A stretch of DNA of 64,000 nt from an uncultured delta proteobacterium (GTDB lineage: Bacteria > Myxococcota_A > Polyangia > Polyangiales > Polyangiaceae), in the NCBI GenBank assembly GCA_963806225.1, contig CAWDXG010000004.1:1728001-1792000 (forward strand), written 5' to 3'. Every line of letters starts with the position of its first letter. The first letter of the stretch is position 1. Positions 22,547 to 32,901 of the stretch are shown here, one piece after another. Under the pieces are notes generated by a model that made no database searches, was not told where the DNA came from, and saw only the letters and a program-made list of their open reading frames with translations. A program made the position numbers and the translations under genes.

Positions 22547-24700
22547 TCAGGCTTGATCGCCGGAGCCGAGCATTTCGTGAACTGCGTTCGCCAGATCTTC
22601 GGGGGAGAACGGCTTGGCGATGAACTCCACCTGCTCCCGCCTGACGCCATGCCGGACCATCTCGTCGTCGGTGTAGCCGCTCATGTACAGCACGCGGGTC
22701 GCCGGGTGTTCCTGCACCACCCACGTCGCCAGCTCGTGCCCGCTCATGTGGGGCATCACCACGTCGGTGAGCAGCAGGTCGACCCGGCTGCGGGATATCC
22801 GGAGCAGCTTCTGCGCCTCCGGGCCATCCCGGGCTTCCAGTACCGTGTAGCCCTGCTGCTTCAGCGTGCGGGCGACGAGGCGTCTGAGTACCGCCTCGTC
22901 CTCGACGACCAGCACGGTCCCGCCCCCGGGGGTCGCCGACCGGACCCTGGCCGGCGTGCGCTCGCTCTCAGGCTCGAGCTCCGCGCGAGGGAAAGCCAGT
23001 GTGAACACGCTGCCCTTTCCCGGGGCGCTATCGACGAGCGCCAGGCCGCCGTTCTGCTTCATGATGGCGTAGACGGTTGCCAGTCCGAGCCCGGTCCCCT
23101 TGCCGCGCTCCTTCGTCGTGAAGAAGGGTTCGAAGACCCGCGCCCGGGTTGCTTCGTCCATGCCAGAGCCCGTGTCGCGCACAACCAGCGTTACCAGCTC
23201 CTCGCCCGCCACCCGCCCCGCACCGACGGCAATCGCGCCCCGCTGGACGTTGCAGGTCTCGATCAGCAACCTGCCGCCTTCAGGCATCGCATCGCGGGCG
23301 TTGACCGCGAGGTTCAGTACGACCTGCTCCACCTGCACGGGGTCGGTGCGGACGGGCCAGAGCCCTTCGGAAAGCTTCGTCTCCAGTTGGATGCTCTCCG
23401 GGATGACGCGCCGGAGCATGCCGTCCAGCTCCTTCACGACCTCGTTGAGGTCGAGCGTCCTGGGGCGGGCCAGGTCGCGGCGCCCGAAAGCCAACAGCTG
23501 CCGCGTCAGCGTGACCGCGCGATTCGTGACATCCAGAATAGCGCCCAGTGCTTCCCGCGTGCTCTCGCTCCCGGGCAGGTCACGTTGCAGGACGTCAAGG
23601 TAGCCCAGAGTAACGCCGAGCAGGTTGTTGAAATCATGCGCGATGCCTCCTGCCAGGCGCCCGATCGCGTCCATCTTCTGCGACTGGAGCAGCTGTTCCT
23701 CGAGTCGTGTCTTCTCGGTGATGTCGCGCGAGATGTTCTCGACGGCCAGCATCTTGCCGCTCTCGTCCAGCACCGGCACCATGCGTTGCTCGATCCACAC
23801 GGTGTGTCCGTCCCGATGTACCCAGCGCATGGTGATGGGCTCGTTCAGACCGGTAGGGCTTATCCGGGAAAGGCGCTCCAACGAGGCGCGGTCTTCGGGG
23901 TGGATAAGCTTCCAGTGCAGCTCGGGATCGTCGTAGAACGCCTGGGGCGGATAGCCCATGATGCTTTCCACGGCCGGGCTGATGTAGGCCATGTGCGGCT
24001 CGGGCAGCACCTCGTAACGGGAGACGATGTCATGCGCGTGCTCCGCCAGCATGCGGAAGCGCTGCTCGCTGGCCCTGAGGGCGGCCTCGGCCTGCTTCTG
24101 ATCGCTCACGTCGATGGAAGCACCGGTGACGAGCTGCGCGCGACCGTCAGGAGTCCGGTCCGCGACGGTCACCCAGTTGGAGAGCCAGGCATAGCTGCCG
24201 TCCGGTCGGCGGAAGCGCAGCTCGCTGTGCACCACGTCGTGCTCGTGCGCGGCGTCGTAGCGCGTGCCCAGCTCCCGGACTTTCTCGACGTCGTCGGGGT
24301 GCAGGAGCTCGACGAGCCAGTTGTCACCCAGCGCTTCGATCTCGCGCGGCCCGTAGCCGAGGCTCTCCAGGAGCCGGCGGTTCGTGTAGACGGTCCGCTT
24401 CTCGATGATGTTGTAGGCGAAGATCGTCGTCGGGCTGGCTTCGGCCAGATTCTCGAGGAAGCCCTCGCGCTCGCGGAGAGTCTCCGCGGTGCTGCGATGG
24501 ACTGCCTCCGCGCGCAGGATCGCTCTGCCCAGCGTAGCCCACAGCGCCAGCACCACGCCCAGCCCGATCCCGGCGATGGCCAAGGCGACCTGCCGCTCCT
24601 GCGCCAGCTCTGGATCCCAGGCAGCGACCCCGAGCGCGATCATCAAGAGACCGAGCCCGACCAGCCCAATCTCGAGAATCCGCCGCGACGAACCGCTCAT
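22547..24700 (-). CDS. Membrane-bound hybrid sensor histidine kinase (2 TM, 2 PAS, HisKA/HATPase, receiver)
   Basis: Start at ATG 24700 (the longer ORF would overlap the tRNA); HPDD/HPED PAS motifs; GGIAHDFNN; GTGLGL; LLTDVVMP. Confidence 0.94.
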   Translation of the reverse strand: MSGSSRRILEIGLVGLGLLMIALGVAAWDPELAQERQVALAIAGIGLGVVLALWATLGRAILRAEAVHRSTAETLREREGFLENLAEASPTTIFAYNIIEKRTVYTNRRLLESLGYGPREIEALGDNWLVELLHPDDVEKVRELGTRYDAAHEHDVVHSELRFRRPDGSYAWLSNWVTVADRTPDGRAQLVTGASIDVSDQKQAEAALRASEQRFRMLAEHAHDIVSRYEVLPEPHMAYISPAVESIMGYPPQAFYDDPELHWKLIHPEDRASLERLSRISPTGLNEPITMRWVHRDGHTVWIEQRMVPVLDESGKMLAVENISRDITEKTRLEEQLLQSQKMDAIGRLAGGIAHDFNNLLGVTLGYLDVLQRDLPGSESTREALGAILDVTNRAVTLTRQLLAFGRRDLARPRTLDLNEVVKELDGMLRRVIPESIQLETKLSEGLWPVRTDPVQVEQVVLNLAVNARDAMPEGGRLLIETCNVQRGAIAVGAGRVAGEELVTLVVRDTGSGMDEATRARVFEPFFTTKERGKGTGLGLATVYAIMKQNGGLALVDSAPGKGSVFTLAFPRAELEPESERTPARVRSATPGGGTVLVVEDEAVLRRLVARTLKQQGYTVLEARDGPEAQKLLRISRSRVDLLLTDVVMPHMSGHELATWVVQEHPATRVLYMSGYTDDEMVRHGVRREQVEFIAKPFSPEDLANAVHEMLGSGDQA

Positions 24701-24915
24701 CCCACACGCTCCCCCATCGAGACAGGAGCCGCTGCTCCCCACCCACCATGGCGCAGTCGCGCGCGATCGGTGATCTGCAAATGCACTTGCCCCCGCCCCA
24801 TATCCATCTAGCGCATCGAACATGGAACTGCAGCCCCGGGGCCCAACTCCGGCCGGGCAGCTCCTGCCCGGAGTCCGCCGCTCCGCCGGCTCGAATTGCC
24901 CGATTTCCGCGGGAC

Positions 24916-24944
24916 TTGACCCCAATTGTCCCGCACGCCACCCT
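24916..24944 (+). promoter_or_regulatory. Candidate sigma70 promoter of the tRNA
   Basis: TTGACC-N17-CACCCT, ending 11 nt before the tRNA. Confidence 0.4.
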
Positions 24945-24955
24945 TCGCCGTCCCT

Positions 24956-25028
24956 GCCCCCGTAGCTCAGTGGATAGAGCAGCGGTTTCCTAAACCGTTG
25001 GTCGGACGTTCGAATCGTCTCGGGGGCG
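24956..25028 (+). tRNA. tRNA-Arg (anticodon CCT); CCA not encoded
   Basis: Acceptor stem GCCCCCG/CGGGGGC; D arm GCTC-AGTGGATA-GAGC; anticodon stem GCGGT-TTCCTAA-ACCGT; T loop GTTCGAATC. Confidence 0.96.
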
Positions 25029-25303
25029 CTACTTGCTGCCCACCCTCGTGCCCACCCTGGAGCGTCTGCAGGCCGGTCACGACGGCCGCCACGACCACGG
25101 TGGCCAGCTCGGTCGCTCGCGCACCGAAAGCGGTGAGGCAACCCGTGGTGCGGCGGCCGCCGCGAGCGTACCTCGCACAGCGGGGCCCCTTGCTCGACCG
25201 CGCCCGACGTGCCGACTGCACCCTCGATCAGACCGCGACCGCGGTGATATGCTGAACAGGTCTTGCCCCTGGTGCAGAGCTATTTCTTCCGCGGGAGTAT
25301 TCG

Positions 25304-26122
25304 ATGATCCATCGACGACTCGGACTCGCCTCGCTGGTCGTTATCGCTGTCCCGTTGGCGTGCGGCGGCAGCAATTCCAGCGGGCTTTTCGCTGCCGGCA
25401 GCGGGGGCGCCCATGGCGATGCTTCGGCAGGCACGGGCGGTTCGAGCGCCGGGGGCTCTGCAACGGGCGGCGTCAGCGCCGGCGGCTCGGGCACGGGCGG
25501 CAGCAGCACGGGCGGCTCGGGCACCGGCGGCTCGGGCACCGGCGGCTCGGGCACCGGCGGCTCGGCGGGCACCGGCGGCTCGGGCACCGGCGGCTCGGCG
25601 GGCACCGGCGGCTCGGGCACCGGCGGCTCGGCGGGCACCGGCGGCTCGGCGGGCACCGGCGGCTCGGGCACCGGCGGCTCGGGCACCGGCGGCTCGGGCA
25701 CCGGCGGCTCGGGTACCGGGGGGACCGCAGGCGGCGGAGGGACCGCTGGGAGCGGTACCGTGGCGATCCACTGCGGAAACTCGACCTGTGCCGGTCCGTC
25801 GCAGGTCTGCTGCGCCACGAGGGACAACAACACCCAATCGGCGACCTACAGCTGCATCGGCGCCCAGGACCAGTGCAGCTGCTCCGGCGCCGGCTGCATG
25901 GCGGCGACGCTGCGCTGCAATGGCCCTACAGATTGCCCCTCCAACGAAGTCTGTTGCGGGACCGTGAACACTACGGGCTATTCGACGACCGAATGCGCGA
26001 CGAGCTGCACGGGCAGCAACCACGTCGTGATCTGTCAGCCCAACGATCCAGTCATCTCCTGTCACAACGGCCAGAGCTGCCGTCCGAGCCAGGTCCTGTC
26101 TGGCTATTACTACTGCGGCTGA
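25304..26122 (+). CDS. Lipoprotein with a GGSGT-repeat linker and a Cys-rich C-terminal domain
   Basis: Lipobox PLAC; tandem GGSGT/GGSAGT; C-terminal CG...C...CC repeats. Confidence 0.85.
   Translation: MIHRRLGLASLVVIAVPLACGGSNSSGLFAAGSGGAHGDASAGTGGSSAGGSATGGVSAGGSGTGGSSTGGSGTGGSGTGGSGTGGSAGTGGSGTGGSAGTGGSGTGGSAGTGGSAGTGGSGTGGSGTGGSGTGGSGTGGTAGGGGTAGSGTVAIHCGNSTCAGPSQVCCATRDNNTQSATYSCIGAQDQCSCSGAGCMAATLRCNGPTDCPSNEVCCGTVNTTGYSTTECATSCTGSNHVVICQPNDPVISCHNGQSCRPSQVLSGYYYCG
25481..25722 (+). repeat. Coding tandem repeat of 15/18-bp units (GGCGGCTCGGGCACC / GGCGGCTCGGCGGGCACC)
   Basis: About 15 near-identical in-frame units encoding GGSGT/GGSAGT. Confidence 0.85.
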
Positions 26123-26144
26123 AACAGGCCGTCGGGTTGTGCCT

Positions 26145-26717
26145 ATGACTCCCCAGACCCAGGACACCGCGTTGCTGGTGATGGACGTTCAACCCGGTGT
26201 CCTCGAGCGGCTCGGGGACGGGAAGGACGAGTACCTTGCCCGGGCGAAGGCAGTTGTCGAGGAGGTGCGCCGCCGCGGGGGCCGCGTGTTCCACGTGGTC
26301 GTGGGCTTCCGCCCCGGCATGCCGGAAATCAGCGCCAACAACAAGGGGTTCAGTACGCTGTCGAAGGCGACGCCTTCCCTGTTGACGGATCCACGCCCAG
26401 CGATCACGCCGGAAGGCACAGACGTGGTCGTCACCAAGCGGCGGGTGAGTGCGTTCAGCGGCAGCGACCTGGACGTCCTGCTACGCGCCGGGCGCATCGG
26501 GCATCTCGTTCTGTGCGGGATCGCGACCAGCGGCGTCGTGCTCTCGACGTTGCGCGAAGCGGCGGACAAGGACTATCGGCTGACCGTGCTGTCGGATCTG
26601 TGCGCCGACCGCGACCCCGAAGTGCACGCAGTCCTGATCAACAAGTTGTTTCCCCGGCAGGCCGAAGTGATGACCAGCAGCGATTGGCTCGCCGGGCCCA
26701 GCCCCGCCGGCGGCTAG
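26145..26717 (+). CDS. Isochorismatase-family hydrolase
   Basis: ALLVMDVQ; KRRVSAFSGSDLD; GIATSGVVLSTLREAADKDY. Confidence 0.9.
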   Translation: MTPQTQDTALLVMDVQPGVLERLGDGKDEYLARAKAVVEEVRRRGGRVFHVVVGFRPGMPEISANNKGFSTLSKATPSLLTDPRPAITPEGTDVVVTKRRVSAFSGSDLDVLLRAGRIGHLVLCGIATSGVVLSTLREAADKDYRLTVLSDLCADRDPEVHAVLINKLFPRQAEVMTSSDWLAGPSPAGG

Positions 26718-28331
26718 CGCAGGCCCGGCGCTTCGTGGCCCGACTCGGCCACGTACTCGGTGTAACCGCCGCCGTAGGGCAAAGGCCCGTCGGGCGTGAG
26801 CTCGAGCACGCGGTTCGAGAGCGCGCCGAGGAACTGGCGATCGTGCGACACGAACAGCATCGTGCCCTCGAACGCGGCGAGCGCATCGAGCAGCATCTCC
26901 TTGGTGGCGATGTCCAGGTGGTTCGTCGGCTCGTCGAGCACCAGCAGGTTGGGCGGGTCGAACAGCATGAGAGCGAGGGCAACGCGCGCCTTCTCGCCGC
27001 CGCTGAGCACGCTGCACGATTTTCGGCCTCGTCGCCGGAGAAGCCGAAGGCGCCTGCCAGCGTGCGCAAGGTGCCAAGCGTGGCTAGCGGGAAGGCGTGC
27101 TGCAGCGTCTCGATCACGGTCTTCGACGCGTCCAGCGTCTCCATCGAGTGCTGGGCAAAGTAGCCGAGCTTGACGCTGGCGCCGATGGTCACGCTGCCGG
27201 CGTCCGGCTCGGTCACGCCGGCCACCAGCTTGAGCAGCGTGCTTTTGCCCGCGCCGTTCACGCCCATCACGCACCAGCGCTCGCCCCGGCGTACGAGCAG
27301 GTCGAAGTCGCGGTAGATGTGGTTTTCGCCCCAGCCCTTGCTCACGCCTTCGATCTTGACCACGTCGTCGCCGGAGCGCGGCGGCTGGCGGAAGTCGAAC
27401 TTGACGACCCGGCGCTGCTTGGGCGGCTCGACCTTGTCGATCTTCTCCAGCTTCTTCACGCGCGACTGCACCTGCGCGGCGTGGCTGGCGCGCGCCTTGA
27501 AGCGATCGATGAACGCCTGCTCTTGGCGAGCATCGCCTGCTGGCGCTCGTACTGCGCCTGCTTTTGTGCCTGGGCGAGCGCGCGCTGCTGCTCGTAGAAG
27601 TCGTAGTTGCCCGAGTAGGTGATGAGATCGCCGCCGTCGATCTCGACGATCTTCGTCACCAGCCGGTTGAGCAGCTCGCGGTCGTGCGAGGTGATCACGA
27701 GCCCACCGTCGAAGTCGCGCAGGAAGCGCTCGAGCCAGATGATCGACTCGATATCAAGGTGGTTCGTCGGCTCGTCGAGCAGCAGCACGTCCGGTCGCAT
27801 GAGCAGGATGCGGGCGAGCGCCACGCGCATCTTCCAGCCGCCGCTCAGCTTGCCCACGTCGTCTTCCAGCACGGTATCGGTGAAGCCGAGCCCGGCGAGG
27901 ATCTCCCGGGCGCGCGCTTCAAGCGCATAGCCGCCGAGCTCGTCGAAGCGCGCCTGCACCACGCCGAACCGCTCGACCAGCTGTTCAAGCTCGTCGGCGC
28001 GCGCGGGGTCGGCCATGGCGTGCTCGAGCTCGTGGAGCTCGTGGCCGACCTCGCTGACTTCGCCGGCGCCGCCCAGGGTCGCGTCGAGCACGCTCTGGCC
28101 CTGCATGTCGCCGACGTCCTGGCTGAAGTAGCCGATGGTCACGCCGCGATCGACGATGACGTTGCCGCCGTCCGGCTCTTCCTGGCGGACCAGCATCCGG
28201 AAGATCGTCGACTTCCCCGCGCCGTTCGGGCCCACGAGCCCTGCCTTCTCGCCCTTGAACACGCCCATCGACGCGTCGACGAACAGTAGCTGGCGGCCAT
28301 GGCGCTTGGAAACGGAGTCGAGTCGGATCAC
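26714..28331 (-). CDS. ABC-F family ATPase, split by two 1-nt deletions (near 27522 and 27020-27023)
   Basis: NBD1 GPNGAGKS/LSGGWKMR/LDEPTNHLD; NBD2 GVNGAGKS/LSGGEKAR/LDEPTNHLD. Adding one base at each site restores MLAKEQAFIDRF and DEAEKSCSVLSGG. Confidence 0.92.
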
Positions 28332-28400
28332 GGCGCGCGCAGAGTGACAGCTTCGCGCGCCCATGCAAGAGGAGCGGCTCGGCGGTCGGCGAAGCGGCGG

Positions 28401-29915
28401 CTAGGGGAGGTTGTTGGTGAGGTGCGCCCGCGCCGCCGTGAAGTGGAGAAAGTACGTGTAGCCGTCGCCGGCCACGCTGGGCGTTACAACGTTGTTCGCG
28501 CCGTTGGTGAGGATCGCGGGAGGATTGCCCCCCGTGCCCACATCGGGCTGCGTCGCATCCACCAAGTGGAAGCAGAGCGCAGTCGAACTGCAGCCGCCCA
28601 CGATTACGTCCAGCAGCGAATTGGTGCTGCACGAGTATGTCCGCGAACCCGAACACACACTCGAGGGCTGGCACGCGTTCGGGCCGAGGCAGAAATCCTG
28701 GGGCATCTGGGTGTGCGCCAGAGCATCCACGGTCACCACTCCGCATATGCCCTGGTCCGGGGCCGTCGCAGTGATGGTCTGGAATACCTGGAGCCCCGGA
28801 GCCAGGGTCGAGGGCGGCGCTCCGGGCACGTCCAGCGCCGGCGAGGCGTCGATCGTCGCCCGGAGCGTCGCGTTGAACGAATCGAGCACGTGGGCGGTCA
28901 AGTTGGTGACGAACTTGAGCTTGATCGGGCCAGGACCGCCGGAGAGCACGTGGGACGTGATCGAGGCGGGCGAGAAGACTTCTTTGGGCAGCTGCTGCGA
29001 GTCGAGACCGGTCGTCTCCGCCAGATACCACTCGTCGATGGCATTCGGGTCCCAGGTGTTCGGATACCTCGTGTCGATCGATCCCGCAATCGAGCCGAGC
29101 CGGAGGCTCGCTGCGTTCGCGCCCGTGAGATCGTCCAGCCCGCCGAGCGCAAGAAACCCGTTGAAGAAGCCGCCATCGATCGTGATCTTCGTGTTGTCGT
29201 CGTATTGCTTGATGACCTCGGCGGAAAACGCCGCGCCGAGCGCGTTGGCGCTGTGCACACAGAACGCGGGGGCAGGGTCCCTGCTGAAGTCGAAGGTCGT
29301 GTAGCGCATCACTGTCTCGTAGCGGCAGGTCGAGTCGCAGCCGTCGAGGTTCTTGGTGTTGCCGTCGTCGCACTGCTCGTTGCCGGCGATCACGCCGTCG
29401 CCGCACACGACTTTCTTGCAGTTCACGTCGCAGGTTGCGCTGTTGGGCGGCTCGCAGTCCTCGCCGGGCTCGACGACGTTGTTGCCGCACACGGGCTGCG
29501 TGCACGTGCCGCTCTTGCAGTAGCCGCCGGCTTTGCAGGCGGACTTTTCGGCGGGCCGCGTGCCGGCTTTGCATGCGCGGCCACCCGCAACGCTCTGGCA
29601 TGTCTCGACGCCGTTGCAGGGATTGCCGTCGTCGCAATCGCTATCCGTATGACAGCTGTAGTGGCAGTCCGCCTCGCAACCGCTGCCCGAGGCGTTGTCC
29701 GGGCCGTTGTCGCACTCGTCGTCGCCGTTGACGATGCCGTCGCCGCACACCGCGGCGGCGTCGGCGCCCGAGTCCCCCGTCACGCCGCCCTCCCCGCCCG
29801 ACCCGGCAGAGGGGTCGGACCCACTGCAGCCGATTGCACCAAGGCTTGCGGCGAGGGCCAGCGCGCATCCACGCACAACGCGCCCCGTCGAAAGCCCTTG
29901 CCTCGCTCGAGTCAT
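28401..29915 (-). CDS. Lipoprotein with myxobacterial Cys-rich repeats (DUF4215-like CGDG...ECDDGN...DGC)
   Basis: Lipobox AIGC; three CGDG/CGNN-E(Q/D)CD repeats; non-repetitive C-terminal domain. Confidence 0.88.
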   Translation of the reverse strand: MTRARQGLSTGRVVRGCALALAASLGAIGCSGSDPSAGSGGEGGVTGDSGADAAAVCGDGIVNGDDECDNGPDNASGSGCEADCHYSCHTDSDCDDGNPCNGVETCQSVAGGRACKAGTRPAEKSACKAGGYCKSGTCTQPVCGNNVVEPGEDCEPPNSATCDVNCKKVVCGDGVIAGNEQCDDGNTKNLDGCDSTCRYETVMRYTTFDFSRDPAPAFCVHSANALGAAFSAEVIKQYDDNTKITIDGGFFNGFLALGGLDDLTGANAASLRLGSIAGSIDTRYPNTWDPNAIDEWYLAETTGLDSQQLPKEVFSPASITSHVLSGGPGPIKLKFVTNLTAHVLDSFNATLRATIDASPALDVPGAPPSTLAPGLQVFQTITATAPDQGICGVVTVDALAHTQMPQDFCLGPNACQPSSVCSGSRTYSCSTNSLLDVIVGGCSSTALCFHLVDATQPDVGTGGNPPAILTNGANNVVTPSVAGDGYTYFLHFTAARAHLTNNLP

Positions 29916-30045
29916 CTCCCACCCGATGTTGCCACGGTCGCGCTGCGGTCAACAACCGCTCGGGGTCGGCTGCGGCGCGTCTACGAATGGCTGCTGGGCT
30001 GAGCGGCCGCCATGCAGCTGCTCCGGCGCGGGCGGGACGTGCCGC

Positions 30046-32622
30046 TCACGAATCCACGTGAGTTTGGAGCGGCTGTCTCTTCAGACTGCGCTTGAGAAGG
30101 AGCATCTGCACGGGGTCGCGGATGAGCAGGAGCGGGACCAGGCCCACGTAGGGCAGGATCAGAAGCCAGCCCTGCGCCGTCACCGGCATGACGAGCGCAT
30201 GGATGGCACGCTGATGGAAGCCGCTTCCCGTCCAGATCAGATAGATGGCGACGCAGACAAACGGGACCACGAGCTGGACAAGACGATGCCGCCATGGCGC
30301 CTGCCGGAGGCGATCGGCGATGATGCGCCGGCGCTCGGCGCGGGCCTGTTGTACCTGTCGCGCGAGAAGCTGCTCCACCGCTGGTGCCTGCCGCAGGTAG
30401 GTCTCCACCCGCCTGCGCGTCACCGCATGGCCGATGAAGCCGATCAGCGAAGGGCCCAGGATGTACGCCACCTGCTTGACCAGCGGCAGCGAGCTTGGGT
30501 GCGACAGGATGGTCATGGCGGTCAGCACGCCGATCATGGCGCCGCCATACAGCCAGGCGACGCGCGCTACGCGCAGCACGGCGAGCGACCGCGCGAAGTA
30601 CTGAGCGCGATGTTCTACCGCAGCCTGGTCCGCCGGCTGGTACGGCAAGCGCAGCGCCGCGAGAACTTCAGGCAACGGGAACGACAAGAGCACGGTCAGA
30701 AGCACCAGCGCCGCCAGGAACGTGCCCTGGAAGACCAGGGTCTTGCCGATTTCCACCAGGTCGAGCGGCTGGGCCAGGATGAAATGGTGCACGAAGCTCC
30801 GGACACCACCGCGGCGCGCGAGCGCCCAGTCGAGCACGCTGGTGGCTCCGATCGTGAACAGGAGCAGCAGGATCAAGAAAAACGGCCACAACGCTTCCCA
30901 GCGCGACCGCGCGATCAGCTCGTCATAGCGGTCGATGCGGCGTGCAAAGCGCACTTCGCTCGACATGAAGAACAGGTAGCAGAACAGGAAAACCAGGATC
31001 ACGATCAGCGACTGTCCCCACTGGGCGCGTAGCTCGGAGGTCACGCGCTGTGCGACTTCGGCAGAGGTCGAGTGTCCGGCGCGGATCAAGCCGACCGCCA
31101 GGCTCGCGATCTTGCCGAGGAAGATCAGCTGGAAAACCGGCGCCACTGCCGCTGTCAGCGTGCGGTGCGCGAGGTAGCGTCCAACGAATCGTTCGTCGGC
31201 GCTGGGCGGCGCGAAGCGGTCGCGATCGCCCCGTGGACGAAATGCCAGGTAGACCGACCAGAGCGGGATCCCGAGCGCCAGCACGAACAGGAACCATCCC
31301 ACCGCGTTGAAGACGGTAGCCGGCGCAAGCACGAACAACGCAGCAATCGACTCTCCGGTCAGGTACCACACCAAAAACGCGAACAGCGACAGTGCCCCCA
31401 CCGTCCACAGCAGATTGGTCCATAGGCTGGCGCTGGCGTAGTCGCGCGCGATCCCTTCGATGTAGTCCTGGATGTGAGCGCGGATTTCAGACATCTCGAG
31501 CGAACGCCGCTCCGGCTCCTTCTCCAGCAGCCTGAGCGCGAGCGCTTCGAGCGCCAACGGCGTCTGGGGATTGATGTTCGACGGCGGCACCGGCTTTTCC
31601 CTCAGCATCCGGACCAGAAGCTGTGTCGGATCCTCTTCGTCGAAGGGAAGCTGGCCGCACAGCATCTCGTAGAGCATCACGCCAAGCGCGTAGAGATCGG
31701 TGCGCTCGTCCACCGCTTCGCCCCGGGCCTGCTCCGGTGACATATACGCCGGCGTGCCGACGAGCGTGCCGGCCTGCGTTGCGAGCGCCAGCTTGCCGGC
31801 TCGAAGCGAGGTGACCGAGAGGCGCGGATTCGGCGGCGGAACGCTCTCCCGAACCTCCGGCAGGTTGGCGTCCTCGGCCGAGATGGCCACTGCTTTGCCC
31901 GCAGCACGGTCGCTGCTGTTCATCAGCTTGGCGACGCCCCAGTCCATCACCAGGACTTCGCCGAAGTCGCCGACCATGACGTTGGACGGCTTCAGATCGC
32001 GATGGATCACGCCGCGCGCGTGCGCGTACTCGATCGCCTGGCACACCTGCAGAAAGACGTCGAGCAGACGCCGTAGACCGAATTCCGACACGGTCTCCGG
32101 GTCGCCGTCGCGAAGCTTCTCCAGCACCGTCTCGAGCGACTGCCCGCGAACGAGCTTCATGGAAAAGTAGGCGCGGCCCTCGGGGTCGAGACCGAGCTCG
32201 TGCACCGGAACGACGTTGGGGTGCTCGAGCTGCGCGGTGATCTGCGCCTCTTCGAGAAAGCGTGCGAGCTGGGCGCGCGGCATCTGCTTGCGCGGCAGCG
32301 GCGAGACCTTGAGCGCCAGGTCGCGCTGCAGCGTTCGATCCATTCCGCGGGCGACGTAGCTCATCCCCCCGCGGTCGATCTCCTCGATGGCGCGGATCTT
32401 CTTGCTCCACAGTTCTTCCGAACCGATGGTGGGAATCCCCTCCGGATCGGGCCGCGCTATCGCTTCGACCTCGCGGTCTCCCACCACTCTTCCGGCGCGC
32501 GGTGCTTGCTGCCCTGTCGGGGGAGCGGGCTCCTCGCCCGACGCAGCACCCCCTTCCACATCATGCCGGGAAGGCCGGTGGGACGGGGACTCCGGGATAT
32601 TGGGGCGTCGTTGATCGCTCAT
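30046..32622 (-). CDS. Ser/Thr protein kinase with a polytopic membrane C-terminal domain
   Basis: RGGMS, ALK, HRDLKPSN, MDWG and GTPAYMSPEQ motifs, followed by about 10 hydrophobic segments. Confidence 0.92.
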   Translation of the reverse strand: MSDQRRPNIPESPSHRPSRHDVEGGAASGEEPAPPTGQQAPRAGRVVGDREVEAIARPDPEGIPTIGSEELWSKKIRAIEEIDRGGMSYVARGMDRTLQRDLALKVSPLPRKQMPRAQLARFLEEAQITAQLEHPNVVPVHELGLDPEGRAYFSMKLVRGQSLETVLEKLRDGDPETVSEFGLRRLLDVFLQVCQAIEYAHARGVIHRDLKPSNVMVGDFGEVLVMDWGVAKLMNSSDRAAGKAVAISAEDANLPEVRESVPPPNPRLSVTSLRAGKLALATQAGTLVGTPAYMSPEQARGEAVDERTDLYALGVMLYEMLCGQLPFDEEDPTQLLVRMLREKPVPPSNINPQTPLALEALALRLLEKEPERRSLEMSEIRAHIQDYIEGIARDYASASLWTNLLWTVGALSLFAFLVWYLTGESIAALFVLAPATVFNAVGWFLFVLALGIPLWSVYLAFRPRGDRDRFAPPSADERFVGRYLAHRTLTAAVAPVFQLIFLGKIASLAVGLIRAGHSTSAEVAQRVTSELRAQWGQSLIVILVFLFCYLFFMSSEVRFARRIDRYDELIARSRWEALWPFFLILLLLFTIGATSVLDWALARRGGVRSFVHHFILAQPLDLVEIGKTLVFQGTFLAALVLLTVLLSFPLPEVLAALRLPYQPADQAAVEHRAQYFARSLAVLRVARVAWLYGGAMIGVLTAMTILSHPSSLPLVKQVAYILGPSLIGFIGHAVTRRRVETYLRQAPAVEQLLARQVQQARAERRRIIADRLRQAPWRHRLVQLVVPFVCVAIYLIWTGSGFHQRAIHALVMPVTAQGWLLILPYVGLVPLLLIRDPVQMLLLKRSLKRQPLQTHVDS

Positions 32623-32901
32623 CCGCGCATCGAGCAGCGCAAAGGCTTGAAGTCTTCCCAGGCTAGCGTTGTGCGTCGTGTCGCCACAAGGGGGCGGACA
32701 ATCCGGGCGGTTTGCCGGCCCGTCACGCCGTGCCGGCGACCCACGCCGCCCGTCGGGCACACCCGGCCGCTAGTCGCTCGCGAGAGACTCCCACCGAAGT
32801 CGTTCCGGAGCTTTCGCGGGTTATGCTGGAAGCCAACGCCTACACGCGACGGCGATGACGCCCGCCGGGCAGCTTGATACAGTGACCTCGGGGAAACCAG
32901 T

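Noticed and set aside
24701..25141. N-terminal extension of the 864-aa kinase ORF
   Set aside because: It runs antisense through the tRNA; ATG 24700 gives a sensible TM start.
25481..25722. Tandem repeats as a possible CRISPR array
   Set aside because: No unique spacers; the units are in-frame codon repeats for a GGSGT linker; no cas genes.
27020..27525. Programmed ribosomal frameshifting in the ABC-F gene
   Set aside because: Two separate shifts would be needed, there is no slippery heptamer with a stimulator, and similar indels occur in unrelated genes.
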